A stretch of 64,000 nt of DNA, from assembly GCA_965552055.1 (NCBI GenBank), contig CBEVQO010000003.1, positions 160,001 to 224,000 of the forward strand. Direction: 5' to 3'. The notes below the pieces were generated by a model, which saw nothing but the letters and a program-made list of their open reading frames with translations, ran no database searches and was not told the DNA's origin. Source of the stretch: an uncultured bacterium. Lineage in GTDB: Bacteria; Hydrothermota; UBA3073; NMUJ01; CBEVQO01. Position numbers and translations under genes: made by a program. Of the stretch, positions 1 to 12,525 are shown in pieces. Every line of letters begins with the position of its first letter. Position 1 is the stretch's first letter.

Positions 1-1206
1 GGTGGAGTAAAGTTTCTCATTATAAGAGATGGAACAGGATTTATGCAAGCAGTAGCAACAGCCGATAATTTCCCTGAAGATAAATTTGAAGCGATAGAAA
101 AAATCGGTCAGGAATCTTCCATAATCGTACAGGGTATTGTGAGGGAAGAAAAGAGAGCTCCCGGTGGATATGAACTTACTTTAAAAGACTATAAAGTTTT
201 GCAAAATGCACAGGGTTATCCGATTGCAAAAAAATCTCACGGGATTGACTTCCTTTTATCGCACAGGCATTTATGGTTGAGGTCACGGCGTCCTTTTGCT
301 GTATTACGCATTCGCCACGAAATAATAAGAGCAATCAAAGACTTCTTCGACAGCAGAGGATTTATTCAGATTGATCCGCCTATCTTAACACCATCAGCAT
401 GTGAAGGAACTACTACTCTTTTTGAAGTGCCTTATTTTGATAGGAAAGCGTATTTATCGCAATCAGGTCAGCTATATGCGGAAGCAGCAGCTATGGCTTT
501 TGGAAAAGTTTATTGTTTTGCGCCTTCTTTCCGTGCAGAAAAATCAAAAACAAAAAGACATTTAACAGAATTCTGGCACATAGAACCAGAAGTTGCTTAT
601 GCCACGCTCGATGATATTATGAAACTCGCGGAAGATTTGATAACTTATATTGTAGAAAGAGTGCTCGAAAACAGAAAAGAAGAATTGAAAATTTTAGAAA
701 GAGACACAAAACCCCTTGAAAATGTAAAACCACCTTTTCCAAAGATAACATATGAAGAAGCTCTCAAAATGTTAAAGGAAGCAGGTTTAGAACTTGAATG
801 GGGGAAAGATTTTGGAGCGCCTCACGAGACTTATATTTCGAACAAGTTTGACAAACCTGTAATGGTTCATCGTTATCCTGCTATTTGTAAAGCATTTTAT
901 ATGAAGCGTGACCCAAAAGATGAAAAGCTGGCACTTTGCGTTGATGTACTTGCTCCAGAAGGCTATGGCGAGATAATTGGCGGAAGTGAAAGAGAAACAG
1001 ATTATGAAACACTTTTAAAGAGATTAAAAGAATTTAATTTACCACGGGAGCCTTATGAATGGTATTTAGATTTGCGACGATATGGGAGCTGTCCGCATGC
1101 AGGATTTGGACTCGGTCTTGAGCGCACAGTAGCATGGATTTGTAAGCTCGACCATGTAAGGGAGGCAATACCTTTCCCTCGACTTATAGATAGGATTTAT
1201 CCTTAA
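1..1206 (+). CDS. asnS: Asparagine--tRNA ligase (5' end outside window)
   Basis: Frame open from base 1 ([13 protein letters not shown]); class II motifs [47 protein letters not shown]. Confidence 0.95.
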   Translation, partial: GGVKFLIIRDGTGFMQAVATADNFPEDKFEAIEKIGQESSIIVQGIVREEKRAPGGYELTLKDYKVLQNAQGYPIAKKSHGIDFLLSHRHLWLRSRRPFAVLRIRHEIIRAIKDFFDSRGFIQIDPPILTPSACEGTTTLFEVPYFDRKAYLSQSGQLYAEAAAMAFGKVYCFAPSFRAEKSKTKRHLTEFWHIEPEVAYATLDDIMKLAEDLITYIVERVLENRKEELKILERDTKPLENVKPPFPKITYEEALKMLKEAGLELEWGKDFGAPHETYISNKFDKPVMVHRYPAICKAFYMKRDPKDEKLALCVDVLAPEGYGEIIGGSERETDYETLLKRLKEFNLPREPYEWYLDLRRYGSCPHAGFGLGLERTVAWICKLDHVREAIPFPRLIDRIYP

Positions 1207-1697
1207 ATTTGGGGCTCTCCGAGGTCTATTTCGCCGAAAAATTCGGGTTCCAAATGCTGTAATTTGTTTTTCAATTCTGATTCATCGGAAAATTCAAAAG
1301 TCACTCCTTTTTTCATAACTTCTTCTTTTATATAGATTGGGGCATTTGTTCTCAGGGCAAGTGCTATACTGTCACTCGGACGGGCATCTACTTCAAGAAT
1401 ATGGTCATCCTTTTGCAGGTAAATTCTGGCATAATAAGTGTTATTCTTCAATTCATTTATTTCCACTCGCAATACTCTTGTATCCAGTCCATCCAGAATC
1501 AATTTCATAAGGTCATGGGTTATTGGGCGCTGTAATTTCACTCCTTCGAGTTCCAAAGCAATAGATACCGCCTCAAAAGGTCCAATCCATATTGGTAATA
1601 CTCTATTACCTTCTTTTTCTCTGAGGAAAACTATAGGAGCACCTCTATCCCTATCAAGGGCAACTGCAGAAACCTCGACCCTTATTAAATCTTCCAT
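1203..1697 (-). CDS. Bifunctional nuclease (DUF151) family protein
   Basis: [28 protein letters not shown] motifs. Confidence 0.9.
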   Translation of the reverse strand: MEDLIRVEVSAVALDRDRGAPIVFLREKEGNRVLPIWIGPFEAVSIALELEGVKLQRPITHDLMKLILDGLDTRVLRVEINELKNNTYYARIYLQKDDHILEVDARPSDSIALALRTNAPIYIKEEVMKKGVTFEFSDESELKNKLQHLEPEFFGEIDLGEPQI

Positions 1698-2146
1698 TAA
1701 CCCTCCTCACTAACGACCCAGATTTTTAAATTTGCAATAACCTTCGGATGTAACTTTACTTTTATCGTGTAAACACCAACTTCTTTTATGGGTTCTTCAA
1801 TCAATATATTGTGTTTATCAATTTTAAAACCTTTTTCCTGTAATAATTCTTCTATTTGTTTTGTTGACACAGAGCCGAACAATTTCCCATCTTCCGATGC
1901 TTTAACTTTAACCGTTAAAGAAACTTTCTCAAGCTGTTTTTTCATCTTCAATGCATCTCTTTCTTTTTTCATTTCTTTCATCTTCTTTATTTTTTCTTCT
2001 TCCTGGAAAATTCGGATATAGCTATCTGTTGCGGGATATGCCAAGCCTTTTGGTATTAAATAATTTCTTGCGTATCCTCCTTTTACTTCTATTATTTCGC
2101 CTCGCTTACCGAGTCTTTCTACATCTTTCCTCAGTATTATCTTCAT
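1697..2146 (-). CDS. rplI: 50S ribosomal protein L9
   Basis: [32 protein letters not shown]; rpsF-ssb-rpsR-rplI order. Confidence 0.97.
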   Translation of the reverse strand: MKIILRKDVERLGKRGEIIEVKGGYARNYLIPKGLAYPATDSYIRIFQEEEKIKKMKEMKKERDALKMKKQLEKVSLTVKVKASEDGKLFGSVSTKQIEELLQEKGFKIDKHNILIEEPIKEVGVYTIKVKLHPKVIANLKIWVVSEEG

Positions 2147-2358
2147 TTTATGATGAATGGTAGCAGAGCCATTATCCTTGCTCTTTTTATTGCGCGAGCA
2201 AGTTGACGCTGATGTTTAGCACAGGTACCTGTCTGACGCGAAGGAAGAATCTTACCGGAAACAGGACTTATGAACTTCTTCAGGGTCTCTACATCTTTCC
2301 AGTCTACTACTTCTATATTATTTCTACAAAAATAACATGTTGCTTTTTTCTTACCCAT
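2143..2358 (-). CDS. rpsR: 30S ribosomal protein S18 (Zn-binding type)
   Basis: [29 protein letters not shown]. Confidence 0.97.
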   Translation of the reverse strand: MGKKKATCYFCRNNIEVVDWKDVETLKKFISPVSGKILPSRQTGTCAKHQRQLARAIKRARIMALLPFIIK

Positions 2359-2359
2359 T

Positions 2360-2755
2360 TTAGAATGGCAAATCTTCTTCTCCTTCTAAAATTTGTTCCT
2401 CTTCCTTTGGAGTACGCTTTAAAACCTGTACCCTTCTTGCCACTATCTCTATTTTTGATTTCTTTTGACCATCTTTATCTTCCCATTCTCTCTGTCTCAA
2501 TCTGCCTTCAATATACACAGGGAAACCCTTTTTTAACTTCTCATGAATTCTTTCTGCCTGTTCACCGAAGAGCACTGCATCGAGAAATATCGTCTCCTCT
2601 TTCCAATCGTTGCTGTCTTTTGGCTTATAACGCCTTGTTGACGCTATCCTGAAATTAACAACAGGTCTGCCACTCGGAGTATATTTTATATCAGCATCGT
2701 TTACAAGATTACCCGTAATTTGAATGGAGTTTATACTCGGCACCCTGTATTCCAT
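2360..2755 (-). CDS. ssb: Single-stranded DNA-binding protein
   Basis: OB fold (GNL..D, YIEGRL) and acidic EEDLPF tail. Confidence 0.97.
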   Translation of the reverse strand: MEYRVPSINSIQITGNLVNDADIKYTPSGRPVVNFRIASTRRYKPKDSNDWKEETIFLDAVLFGEQAERIHEKLKKGFPVYIEGRLRQREWEDKDGQKKSKIEIVARRVQVLKRTPKEEEQILEGEEDLPF

Positions 2756-3049
2756 TTAAGCCTCCTTTTTTATGCAATTAAACCTTAAAATGTAATCTTT
2801 GGATTTCAATGCCTTTTGCAACATGTTTACCCCTTTGGGTGTGCATTTGTGAGTAAATAAAACATAAAAACCTCTATCCTTTTTCTTTATAGGATAGGCA
2901 AATGTGCGCATGCCCCATTTTTCGACTGTAATATCCTGACCACCGCATTGCTTTATTACCGAAGTTATATCTTCTATTTTCTTATCAATCTCGTCTTCCG
3001 GTATTTCCGGTGTTATTATCACCAAATTTTCGTATTCCCTCACTTCCAT
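2756..3049 (-). CDS. rpsF: 30S ribosomal protein S6 (start ATG 3049 or GTG 3043)
   Basis: REYE, WGMRTFAYPIKK, GFY; the track start at 3067 lies inside the promoter. Confidence 0.93.
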   Translation of the reverse strand: MEVREYENLVIITPEIPEDEIDKKIEDITSVIKQCGGQDITVEKWGMRTFAYPIKKKDRGFYVLFTHKCTPKGVNMLQKALKSKDYILRFNCIKKEA

Positions 3050-3056
3050 ATCTCCA

Positions 3057-3083
3057 ATAATAATCAAAATTTTAATTTGTCAA
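3057..3083 (-). promoter_or_regulatory. Putative promoter TTGACA-N15-TATTAT (rpsF operon)
   Basis: Read directly; ATG 7 nt after the -10 box. Confidence 0.65.
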
Positions 3084-4026
3084 TAAAAATTTTCAAATTT
3101 ACCAAAATCTTCCAGTGATAATTTTTTGATTAGATAAAATGCTCTATTTTTTAAATCTTTACGCGGTCCTCCCGGTGGATATTGAATAAAAGAAAAAATT
3201 TTGCCCTTTAAAAATTCACCTTTCTCGTTTATTTCTATTAAAAAAACAGGTGCAAATCCTGAAGGTCCTTTTAAATTAAATTTGCCGTATGTGCAAAAGT
3301 TTCCCAAACCATACACTATCAACCTGTTTTTATAAATTTCTACTGGCCGTGGAACATGAGCTCCATGGCACAAGATAAGGTCAGCACCCGCATCAACAGC
3401 TCTGTGCGCAAATCTCAAAAGATTACCCCTATTTTCACCCATAAAATATTCCACGGTATCCTTGATGTGTAAAAAAGATATTCCTTCGCCTCCTCCATGA
3501 ACAGAAACAATTATAACATCATAATATTTTTTGAGACTTTTAATCTCTTTAAAAATTCTGTCAGGATATAAAATTGACCTCGGTGGTGCACCAAAAGACA
3601 CCGCCATTAAACAAATTTTTACTCCGTTTATGATAAATTCTGCAATCTCTCCATCTTTACTTGAATATTTTATTCCACATTTCTTCAATATTTCTTTTGT
3701 CTTTTCAATTCCATATCTTCCAAAATCCATCGAATGATTGTTTGCAAGTGATAAAACATTAAAACCTGCATATTTCAAAACTTCTCCGTATTTTTCGGGC
3801 ATACGAAAAAGATAACTTTTACCCTTCTCTGGAATCTTAGCAGGCTCTCCATCATTACAAAGAACACCCTCTAAGTTACCAAAAACTATGTCTCCCATTT
3901 TCAAAACATCTTTTACTTCTTCAAAAAGTTTATAAGGATTTCTCGGTAAAACAGTATCAGGATAAGTTGTTCCGAGGCAAATATCTCCCACTGCTATTAT
4001 TTTTATTGACAGTAATAAAAAAAGCA

Positions 4027-4027
<1 letters not shown>
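3080..4027 (-). CDS. CapA / poly-gamma-glutamate synthesis family metallophosphatase
   Basis: AVGDI, GNLEG, SLANNHSMDFG, SVHGG, GAHVP, YGLGNF; ATG overlaps purA stop (TGATG). Confidence 0.88.
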
Positions 4028-5955
<1,928 letters not shown>

Positions 5956-5956
<1 letters not shown>

Positions 5957-7113
5957 TACCAGATGAATTTTGGATAAACTAACTCGTAATCTCCGAATCC
6001 GAATTTATCTACAAAGATAAAAACAGCGCTTTTTGTAAGTGTTCTGACCCCTTCTCTGTAAAATACGAATCTATTTTTCAATGTGTAATATCTCCATATC
6101 TCATAAGGTTTGCTCGTCATTTCAGAAGGATGGGTTTCAATCTCATCTGGCTCACCAAATTTTATATAAACCATACCTCTATCTGTTCGCCAGCCATCAA
6201 TGCCTGCTCTAAAATGCCTGTTCGCATAATCTACACGCCTGAAATACTCTTCCTCGCATTCATTTCTTTCGGTGCCAGGAGTGGGGTCTAATTTTCTCCA
6301 GAACTCTTTCCATAACTTTTCTCTTTCCTCAGGAGATGCTTTCAAAATCTTTTTTATCGTTGATTTAAATGCAACATATTCAAGCTGTAAAATCCTTTCT
6401 TCATCCAACCAGTATGGATAATTAACAACAACGGAATCTTTGATTTTTATTTTGCCTATGTAAAAAATAATGTGATTAACGCCGGGCTGAAATTTGTCAG
6501 GAGTAAATGAAATTTCTACAGGGTTTAAAAATTTTGTAATATCGACAAATACAGAATCTTTTGTCTTTTTTCTTTTCGATTTAATTTTATATTTTATCTT
6601 TAATTTTCCTTTATTTCTTGAATATATTACGAAATTCACTTTTATGGTGTCTTTGTAAGAAAAGCAATGCCCTGGTGATACCATGTTGTTTGCCTTAAAA
6701 ACCAGGGTAGATACTGCTATTTCTTTTTTAAGTTTTTTGATTTTTATTTTCCTTTTTGCTAAAAATTTTCTATCCGAATTTTTATCTTTTATTATTAATC
6801 GCACAGAATATTTACCTGGTTGCAGGAATTTTCTAATAGAAGTTGTGAATTTTTCTTCTGATAGTGTTTTTTCGTATTCATTTACGATAATTGAACATTC
6901 TTTTGCGATTTCATACTCTTCTTTTTTTCTGCGGATGATACATAGTATTTCGAAGCGTGATTTATAAAGTGTATCTTCTTTTAAAAATATAAGCTGATTG
7001 TATGGAATCTGTATATAAATTTCGCAGTAAGGATTGCCTGTGGAATCATAAAACACACCATGTGATACATCTGCAAAAAGTTTAATCTGTGTTATCAAAA
7101 GGAGAGCTAACAT
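5956..7113 (-). CDS. GWxTD domain-containing protein
   Basis: FWRKLDPTPGT, YANRHF, GWRTDRGMVYIKFGEPD. Confidence 0.9.
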
Positions 7114-9365
7114 TTTTCAATTATTTCAAGTGCACTCAAAGCGTCCTTCCCGTAATATACCTCTAATTTCGCTGCTATACCCTCGTCAACAGGCGCACCT
7201 CCAATTATTATTTTTACATGGGGAAGATTTTCTTTCAGAAATTTAACCGTCTCTTCCAATTCGGGTAATGTTGATGTCATCAATGCAGACAGAGCAATAA
7301 AATCAGGATGCTCTGAAAGAGCTTTCTCAAGAATCTTCTCCTTTGGAACATCAACACCAAGGTCAATCACATCATAACCTGCTCCTCTTAGCACTGTCTT
7401 CACAATATTTTTACCAATATCATGAATGTCGCCCTTTACCGTTGCCATTAAAACTTTCTTTTTCTGAACCTGTGGTAAATATGGCTCAAGAATTTTCTGT
7501 AATTCAGTAGCTATTTCCGATGCCCTTATTATTTGCGGTAAATATCCTTTTTCTTTCAGTTCTTCAAAGGCGCCCACTATCTCCTCCTTTATAATTTTAA
7601 TCGGGGATACGCCTTTGTAAAGCTCATTTTGCAAAAATTTTTTACTACCTTCTAAATCGCCCAGAATTATGAAATCACGCAACCTGTTTATTTCACCAGC
7701 TCCTTTATGTTCGAAAGATAAAAAATCAGATTTGCCTTTGATATATTCTGTTGCTTTCAAAATTTTAAAAACTTCATCTTCGAGCGGGTCAATGAGTAAA
7801 GCATCAACATCCCAGAATGCTGAAAGTGCTGTCAAAGATGCGTTGAAAAAGCGACGCTCAGGCAAACCATAAGAAACATTTCTAATACCTAAACAACATG
7901 CCAGTCCAAATTCTTTCTTTATAATTTTAACTGTATCCAACAAAATTTCTACATAATCACGATTTGTAGCACAACTCAAAACAATAGGGTCAACTATAAT
8001 ATTTTCCTTCGGAATATCAAATTTTTCCATCTTTCTTAAACCTTTTAACAAAACTCTTATTTTTTCTTCTCTCGAATAAGGCACTCCTTTTTCGGATAAT
8101 AACAAGAAAATAAAAGCCAGATTATATTGCTTTACAAGTGGCAATAATTCTTCCATTTCTTTTTCCTTACAGGGGATAGAATTTATCAAAATTTTGCCGG
8201 GTAACCTTTGTATTGCAATCTCAAAAACCTCTTTGTAAACGCTATCAGGGATTAAAGGTAATTCTGTAATATTCTGTAATTCTTCGAAAGTTTTTTCTAC
8301 AAATGTAAAATTGGGTGAGGGGACATCAAGGCAAACATCGATTGCATCACATTTTGCTTCTTCTTTTTTAAGTTCTTCTTTCAAAATTCTTATATCTTTT
8401 CCTTCAATTGCTTTCTTTATTTTTTTCCTGCTTGCATTTAATCTATCTCCTATTATCACTGTTTTTTCACTCAAATATACTACTTTGTATCTTGATGTAA
8501 ACTTTACTTTCTTTTCCACTTTGTTTTCCACTGGTTTTTTACTTTCAATTGCTTTTTTGATTTCTCTGGTATGTTGAGGGGTTGACCAGCAACATGTTCC
8601 TATCATTCTCACACCATATTTTACAACCTCTTCTGCAAATTTTCCAAAATATGCTGGTGAAAAATCCTCACCCTTTACCCCTGCATTTGGCTCACAAATT
8701 AAAGGTTTATCCGTTATTTCACTTAATCTTTTTATCAATTTCAATGTCAAATCCGGCAATGTGCAATTTATCCCGAGCAAATCGCATAAATTCTCAACTG
8801 TAGCACAAAATACCTCAACATCGCTACCTGTAACCGTCCTATCATTGTGAAAACTCATCTGCACAGCTAGAGGAAGGTCGGAAATCTCTCTTACACCAAT
8901 TATTGCAGCCTTTAACTCATGAATATCCATAAAAGTTTCCAAAACAAAAATATCACAATATTCTTTCAAAATCTTTGCCTGCTCTTTGAAATAGTTAACA
9001 GCCTCTTTAAAACTTATTTTTCCAATAGGTTCAACGAATTCAGAAAGAGGACCGATACATCCGCCCACATATTTATCTTGTGCAGCTTCTCGTGCAATTA
9101 AAGAAGCTTTTTCGTTTATCTCAAAAAATTTATCCTCTTTTCCTATTTTTTTCAGTTTTAATCTATTTGCCGAAAAAGTATTTGTCAAAATAACATCGGC
9201 TCCTGCTTTTATATACTCCTCATGAACTCTTTTTATTTTTTCGGGCTGGTAAATATTCAATAGAAATGGTGGAATATCTGATTTTATACCTTCTTTTATG
9301 AGATAAGTTCCTATTGCTCCGTCAATTACAATTATCCTGTTTTTTATTTCTTCTCTAATTCCCAT
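7107..9365 (-). CDS. metH: Cobalamin-dependent methionine synthase lacking the AdoMet reactivation domain
   Basis: Hcy domain (DGAIGT, TNTF, GINC, GTCC), pterin-binding domain, B12 motif GDIHDIGKNIV, LSALM, IIGGA. Confidence 0.8.
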   Translation of the reverse strand: MGIREEIKNRIIVIDGAIGTYLIKEGIKSDIPPFLLNIYQPEKIKRVHEEYIKAGADVILTNTFSANRLKLKKIGKEDKFFEINEKASLIAREAAQDKYVGGCIGPLSEFVEPIGKISFKEAVNYFKEQAKILKEYCDIFVLETFMDIHELKAAIIGVREISDLPLAVQMSFHNDRTVTGSDVEVFCATVENLCDLLGINCTLPDLTLKLIKRLSEITDKPLICEPNAGVKGEDFSPAYFGKFAEEVVKYGVRMIGTCCWSTPQHTREIKKAIESKKPVENKVEKKVKFTSRYKVVYLSEKTVIIGDRLNASRKKIKKAIEGKDIRILKEELKKEEAKCDAIDVCLDVPSPNFTFVEKTFEELQNITELPLIPDSVYKEVFEIAIQRLPGKILINSIPCKEKEMEELLPLVKQYNLAFIFLLLSEKGVPYSREEKIRVLLKGLRKMEKFDIPKENIIVDPIVLSCATNRDYVEILLDTVKIIKKEFGLACCLGIRNVSYGLPERRFFNASLTALSAFWDVDALLIDPLEDEVFKILKATEYIKGKSDFLSFEHKGAGEINRLRDFIILGDLEGSKKFLQNELYKGVSPIKIIKEEIVGAFEELKEKGYLPQIIRASEIATELQKILEPYLPQVQKKKVLMATVKGDIHDIGKNIVKTVLRGAGYDVIDLGVDVPKEKILEKALSEHPDFIALSALMTSTLPELEETVKFLKENLPHVKIIIGGAPVDEGIAAKLEVYYGKDALSALEIIEKC

Positions 9366-10342
9366 TTTCCTGATGCAAATTTTACAGCTACCGGAATGCT
9401 GATTATTACCGGGAGATATCTATTGAAGAATCTCCATCCGATTACGAATATTCCCATTAATTCTTTATACTCGCATATTCCTTTGAATAAAAAGTAAGCT
9501 GCTGCTTCCGCGAAGCCACTTGCTCCTGGTGTTGGTGCGAACATCAAAAGGAAATAAAGTGATAATTGTGTGCCTATTGCAGTAAAAAATGGCGGATGCA
9601 TCGAAAGTCCTCTAAATAAGAAATACGCAATTAAGCCATGGAAAAAGAAATAAATCATTCCCCATACTATAGAAAGCAAAAGCCATAAAGGACCTTTTCG
9701 CAAGCAAAATTTTAAACCGTAACTGAATTTTTCTACTTCTTCTGAAAATCTTTTTAAAAACTTTACAAATTTTTTCCAGCCTTTTTTCTCTAGCTTCTGG
9801 ACAATTTTATTGGTCATCTTTTTTGAAAATGTGGGTGCGAATATGAAAAGAGCTCCGAATATTACAATAATTGATACAACAATGGCTACATACCGCAGTA
9901 AAGCACTTTTTAAAGCAGTTTCTCCTATCCCTCCGAAACCTATCGCAAATAATATCGCAAATAAACTTACAAAAGCTGTAATGGCTCTCACCGCTACAAC
10001 TGCACCTCCTTCACCAACTTCATATCCTTTTTTGTTCAGTATATAAACCTGAGCAGGTATGCCAAACATACCCGTTGGTAAAAGAGCAAGAAAATAACCT
10101 ATCAGAATAAATTGAAGAGATAATCTTAAACCTATAGGTTTACCAAAAGCTCTACAAACAGCATCTGTTTTAAAGGTATCTGCAATTATTTTACCTATCA
10201 CTACCAGAAAGCACAAACCAATAAATTTGGGTTCAATTTCTTTTAATCTTTCGAAGGTTTCGGGTTTTACCGTTAAAATAAGTATCACAGCAGCGCTTAT
10301 CACACTCACAACTATAAACCATTTTAAAGGATTTTGACGCAT
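9344..10342 (-). CDS. Lysylphosphatidylglycerol synthase TM / flippase-like (UPF0104) membrane protein
   Basis: Multiple TM segments; PTPGASGFAE, WRFF motifs. Confidence 0.8.
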   Translation of the reverse strand: MRQNPLKWFIVVSVISAAVILILTVKPETFERLKEIEPKFIGLCFLVVIGKIIADTFKTDAVCRAFGKPIGLRLSLQFILIGYFLALLPTGMFGIPAQVYILNKKGYEVGEGGAVVAVRAITAFVSLFAILFAIGFGGIGETALKSALLRYVAIVVSIIVIFGALFIFAPTFSKKMTNKIVQKLEKKGWKKFVKFLKRFSEEVEKFSYGLKFCLRKGPLWLLLSIVWGMIYFFFHGLIAYFLFRGLSMHPPFFTAIGTQLSLYFLLMFAPTPGASGFAEAAAYFLFKGICEYKELMGIFVIGWRFFNRYLPVIISIPVAVKFASGKWELEKK

Positions 10343-11223
10343 AACTCCTCCACTTTCTTTTTATCCTCTTTTAACTGTTCCTTTAAATCCTCAACTTTTT
10401 CAAATTTTTTAATATCACGCAGGAAAGAAAGCAATTCAAATTTTATTTCCTTGCCCAATAAATTTCCCTTAAATCCTATTATATGCAATTCTACACTAAA
10501 TTTCTCAACAGGTATTGTTTTTTTGCCAATATTTATCATACATGGATAAGTTTTGTCGAGCTTTATCTTACCTGCATATACTCCTTCTTTTGGCAGAAAT
10601 TTATCTTTTGGAACATCTATGTTTGCCGTGGGAAAACCTATTTTCCCGCCTATCTTTGCTCCTTCTACAACCCTGCCTCTTATCTCGTAGGGTCTGCCAA
10701 GTAACTTATTGGCAAATGAAATCTCACCTTTCAACAACAATTCTTTTATCAAAGATGTCTTCACAGTAAAACCATCTATCTTTACATTTTCGACAATTTC
10801 AACTTCAAAATTATATTTCATAGATAAATACTGCATCAATTTAAAATCACCCTGTTTATCTTTACCAAAATGATGGTCTTCACCCATTATCATCTTCTTA
10901 AAACCTGTCTTTTCTTTTAAAATCCGTATAAAAGCTTCTGCAGATGTTTTTCTTAATCTTTCATTGAATCTCAGGAAAATGACATTTTTTAATCCCATTT
11001 TTTCAAAGATTTCAAATTTCTCTCTTAAAGGAGTTAGAAGTTTAAAATTCTCGCCTTCTATAAGAGAACGGGGATGTGGATGAAAAGTGCATAGAGCACC
11101 TTTTTCTGCTATTCTGCTTATTATCGCACGATGACCGAGATGAATACCATCAAAAGAACCCACAGATATTTTTTCTATCCTGAAAGGTATAAAAATATCA
11201 TATAAATCACCAAAAGTTAGCAT
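10324..11223 (-). CDS. ribF: Bifunctional riboflavin kinase / FAD synthetase
   Basis: GSFDGIHLGH, FHPHP, GFPTANI, GVYA, ELHI. Confidence 0.95.
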   Translation of the reverse strand: MLTFGDLYDIFIPFRIEKISVGSFDGIHLGHRAIISRIAEKGALCTFHPHPRSLIEGENFKLLTPLREKFEIFEKMGLKNVIFLRFNERLRKTSAEAFIRILKEKTGFKKMIMGEDHHFGKDKQGDFKLMQYLSMKYNFEVEIVENVKIDGFTVKTSLIKELLLKGEISFANKLLGRPYEIRGRVVEGAKIGGKIGFPTANIDVPKDKFLPKEGVYAGKIKLDKTYPCMINIGKKTIPVEKFSVELHIIGFKGNLLGKEIKFELLSFLRDIKKFEKVEDLKEQLKEDKKKVEELCVKIL

Positions 11224-12335
11224 AACCCTTCTAACATTTTTACTACTATTCTATCATAATTCAAAAATTGATTAAATTTTTCTATTTCATTTCTGTCAAA
11301 ATGTCTTTCACAAATTTTCTTCATTCTCTCAGCCAGATTGTCAAAATCTTTATAATAAAAACCGTTCTTTCCTTCTTTTACCAGATGGGAAGTTGCTTTA
11401 TCATACGGCACGATAACGGGTAAGCCCGTACCCATCGCCTGCTGAATAGTAATACATTCCTGGGTCCAGATACCACAATCCGCTATATTGAAAAGAATAA
11501 ATAACTCTCTTTGACTCACAAAAGGATACAGCAGGAATCTACTTTTAAAGCCAGATTCTTCTATTTTTCTTCTTAAAAATTTGCTATAAGAAGAATTAAC
11601 AAAGCCTGTCATTATCATCTTCACTTTTGAATTCTCTTTCATTATTTCAAACATTTTATCAAGCATTTTATCAAGTTTCTTTTCGGGAGTATGTGTTGTT
11701 GCATTGATAAATACAAAATCATCTTTTAAATTCAATTTTTTTCTCTCTATTTTTCTTATTTCTTCTGAATAGTAAAATCTTTCTCCATCGAATCCCAATG
11801 GCAATATTTTATAATCTTTATTCCTTAACTTGTGACTCAATATTTCGAAAGTTTCTGGAGTTGTTAATATTATTCTATCCGAATTTTTAATTGCGAAGTT
11901 TTCCCATTTTTCTTTAAGCAACTTATAAAGAAATTTTTTAAAGAAAAGAGAATAATGCTTTTTCAAATTTCCAAAAATACTTATAACTTTTGTTTTATTT
12001 TTGCGAGCAAAATAAATCGCAGGAAGGGGCATAAATTTTGTTATCCCAATACAAATTAAAACATCGGGATGGATTTTATAAAGCACTTTCTTCATTCCTG
12101 AAGGAATTACAGTTTGTCTAAGTCTTAAAAGTGTGCTTAACCTTATTATCCGATAACCTTCATGAAGATACTCTCCAGTTTTAAATGGTTTTAATATCTT
12201 TCTATATCGAGGCGAGATGAAAGTAGTTGTTATGACCGACACTTCATTTCCCAATCTTTTTAAAGATTTTGCTATGCAATTTTCCTGATAACCGAGTTGC
12301 GGTGAAAAATGTGCACTTATAATGCTTATTTTCAC
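11217..12335 (-). CDS. Glycosyltransferase, GT4-like
   Basis: GT-B features: PLGFD, QQAMGTGLPVIV, GKNGF; GTG start. Confidence 0.8.
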   Translation of the reverse strand: MKISIISAHFSPQLGYQENCIAKSLKRLGNEVSVITTTFISPRYRKILKPFKTGEYLHEGYRIIRLSTLLRLRQTVIPSGMKKVLYKIHPDVLICIGITKFMPLPAIYFARKNKTKVISIFGNLKKHYSLFFKKFLYKLLKEKWENFAIKNSDRIILTTPETFEILSHKLRNKDYKILPLGFDGERFYYSEEIRKIERKKLNLKDDFVFINATTHTPEKKLDKMLDKMFEIMKENSKVKMIMTGFVNSSYSKFLRRKIEESGFKSRFLLYPFVSQRELFILFNIADCGIWTQECITIQQAMGTGLPVIVPYDKATSHLVKEGKNGFYYKDFDNLAERMKKICERHFDRNEIEKFNQFLNYDRIVVKMLEGLC

Positions 12336-12341
12336 TATCTT

Positions 12342-12368
12342 AATATATCCTAAAGACTAAAATGTCAA
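12342..12368 (-). promoter_or_regulatory. Putative promoter TTGACA-N15-TATATT (glycosyltransferase)
   Basis: GTG 6 nt after the -10 box. Confidence 0.65.
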
Positions 12369-12381
12369 TTTATTTTTTTGT

Positions 12382-12440
12382 TTATCCCACCCACCCGCCC
12401 ATAGGTTTTTTCGGAAGGCTTCGCCCTCCGCGACCCATTT
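12382..12440 (-). repeat. Dispersed GC-rich hairpin/G-tract element, copy 1
   Basis: Minus strand AAATGGGTCGCGGAGGGCGAAGCCTTCCGAAAAAACCTATGGGCGGGTGGGTGGGATAA aligns with 36722-36776. Confidence 0.85.
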
Positions 12441-12494
12441 TGAATTTCTCTAAATCCTCAATATTACATAACCGTTTTTTCAACACTTTCTTTA

Positions 12495-12521
12495 TTGACA
12501 AATCAAAAAATTATTTATCTT
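12495..12521 (+). promoter_or_regulatory. Putative promoter TTGACA-N15-TATCTT (asnB)
   Basis: GTG 4 nt after the -10 box. Confidence 0.6.
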
Positions 12522-12525
12522 TATT

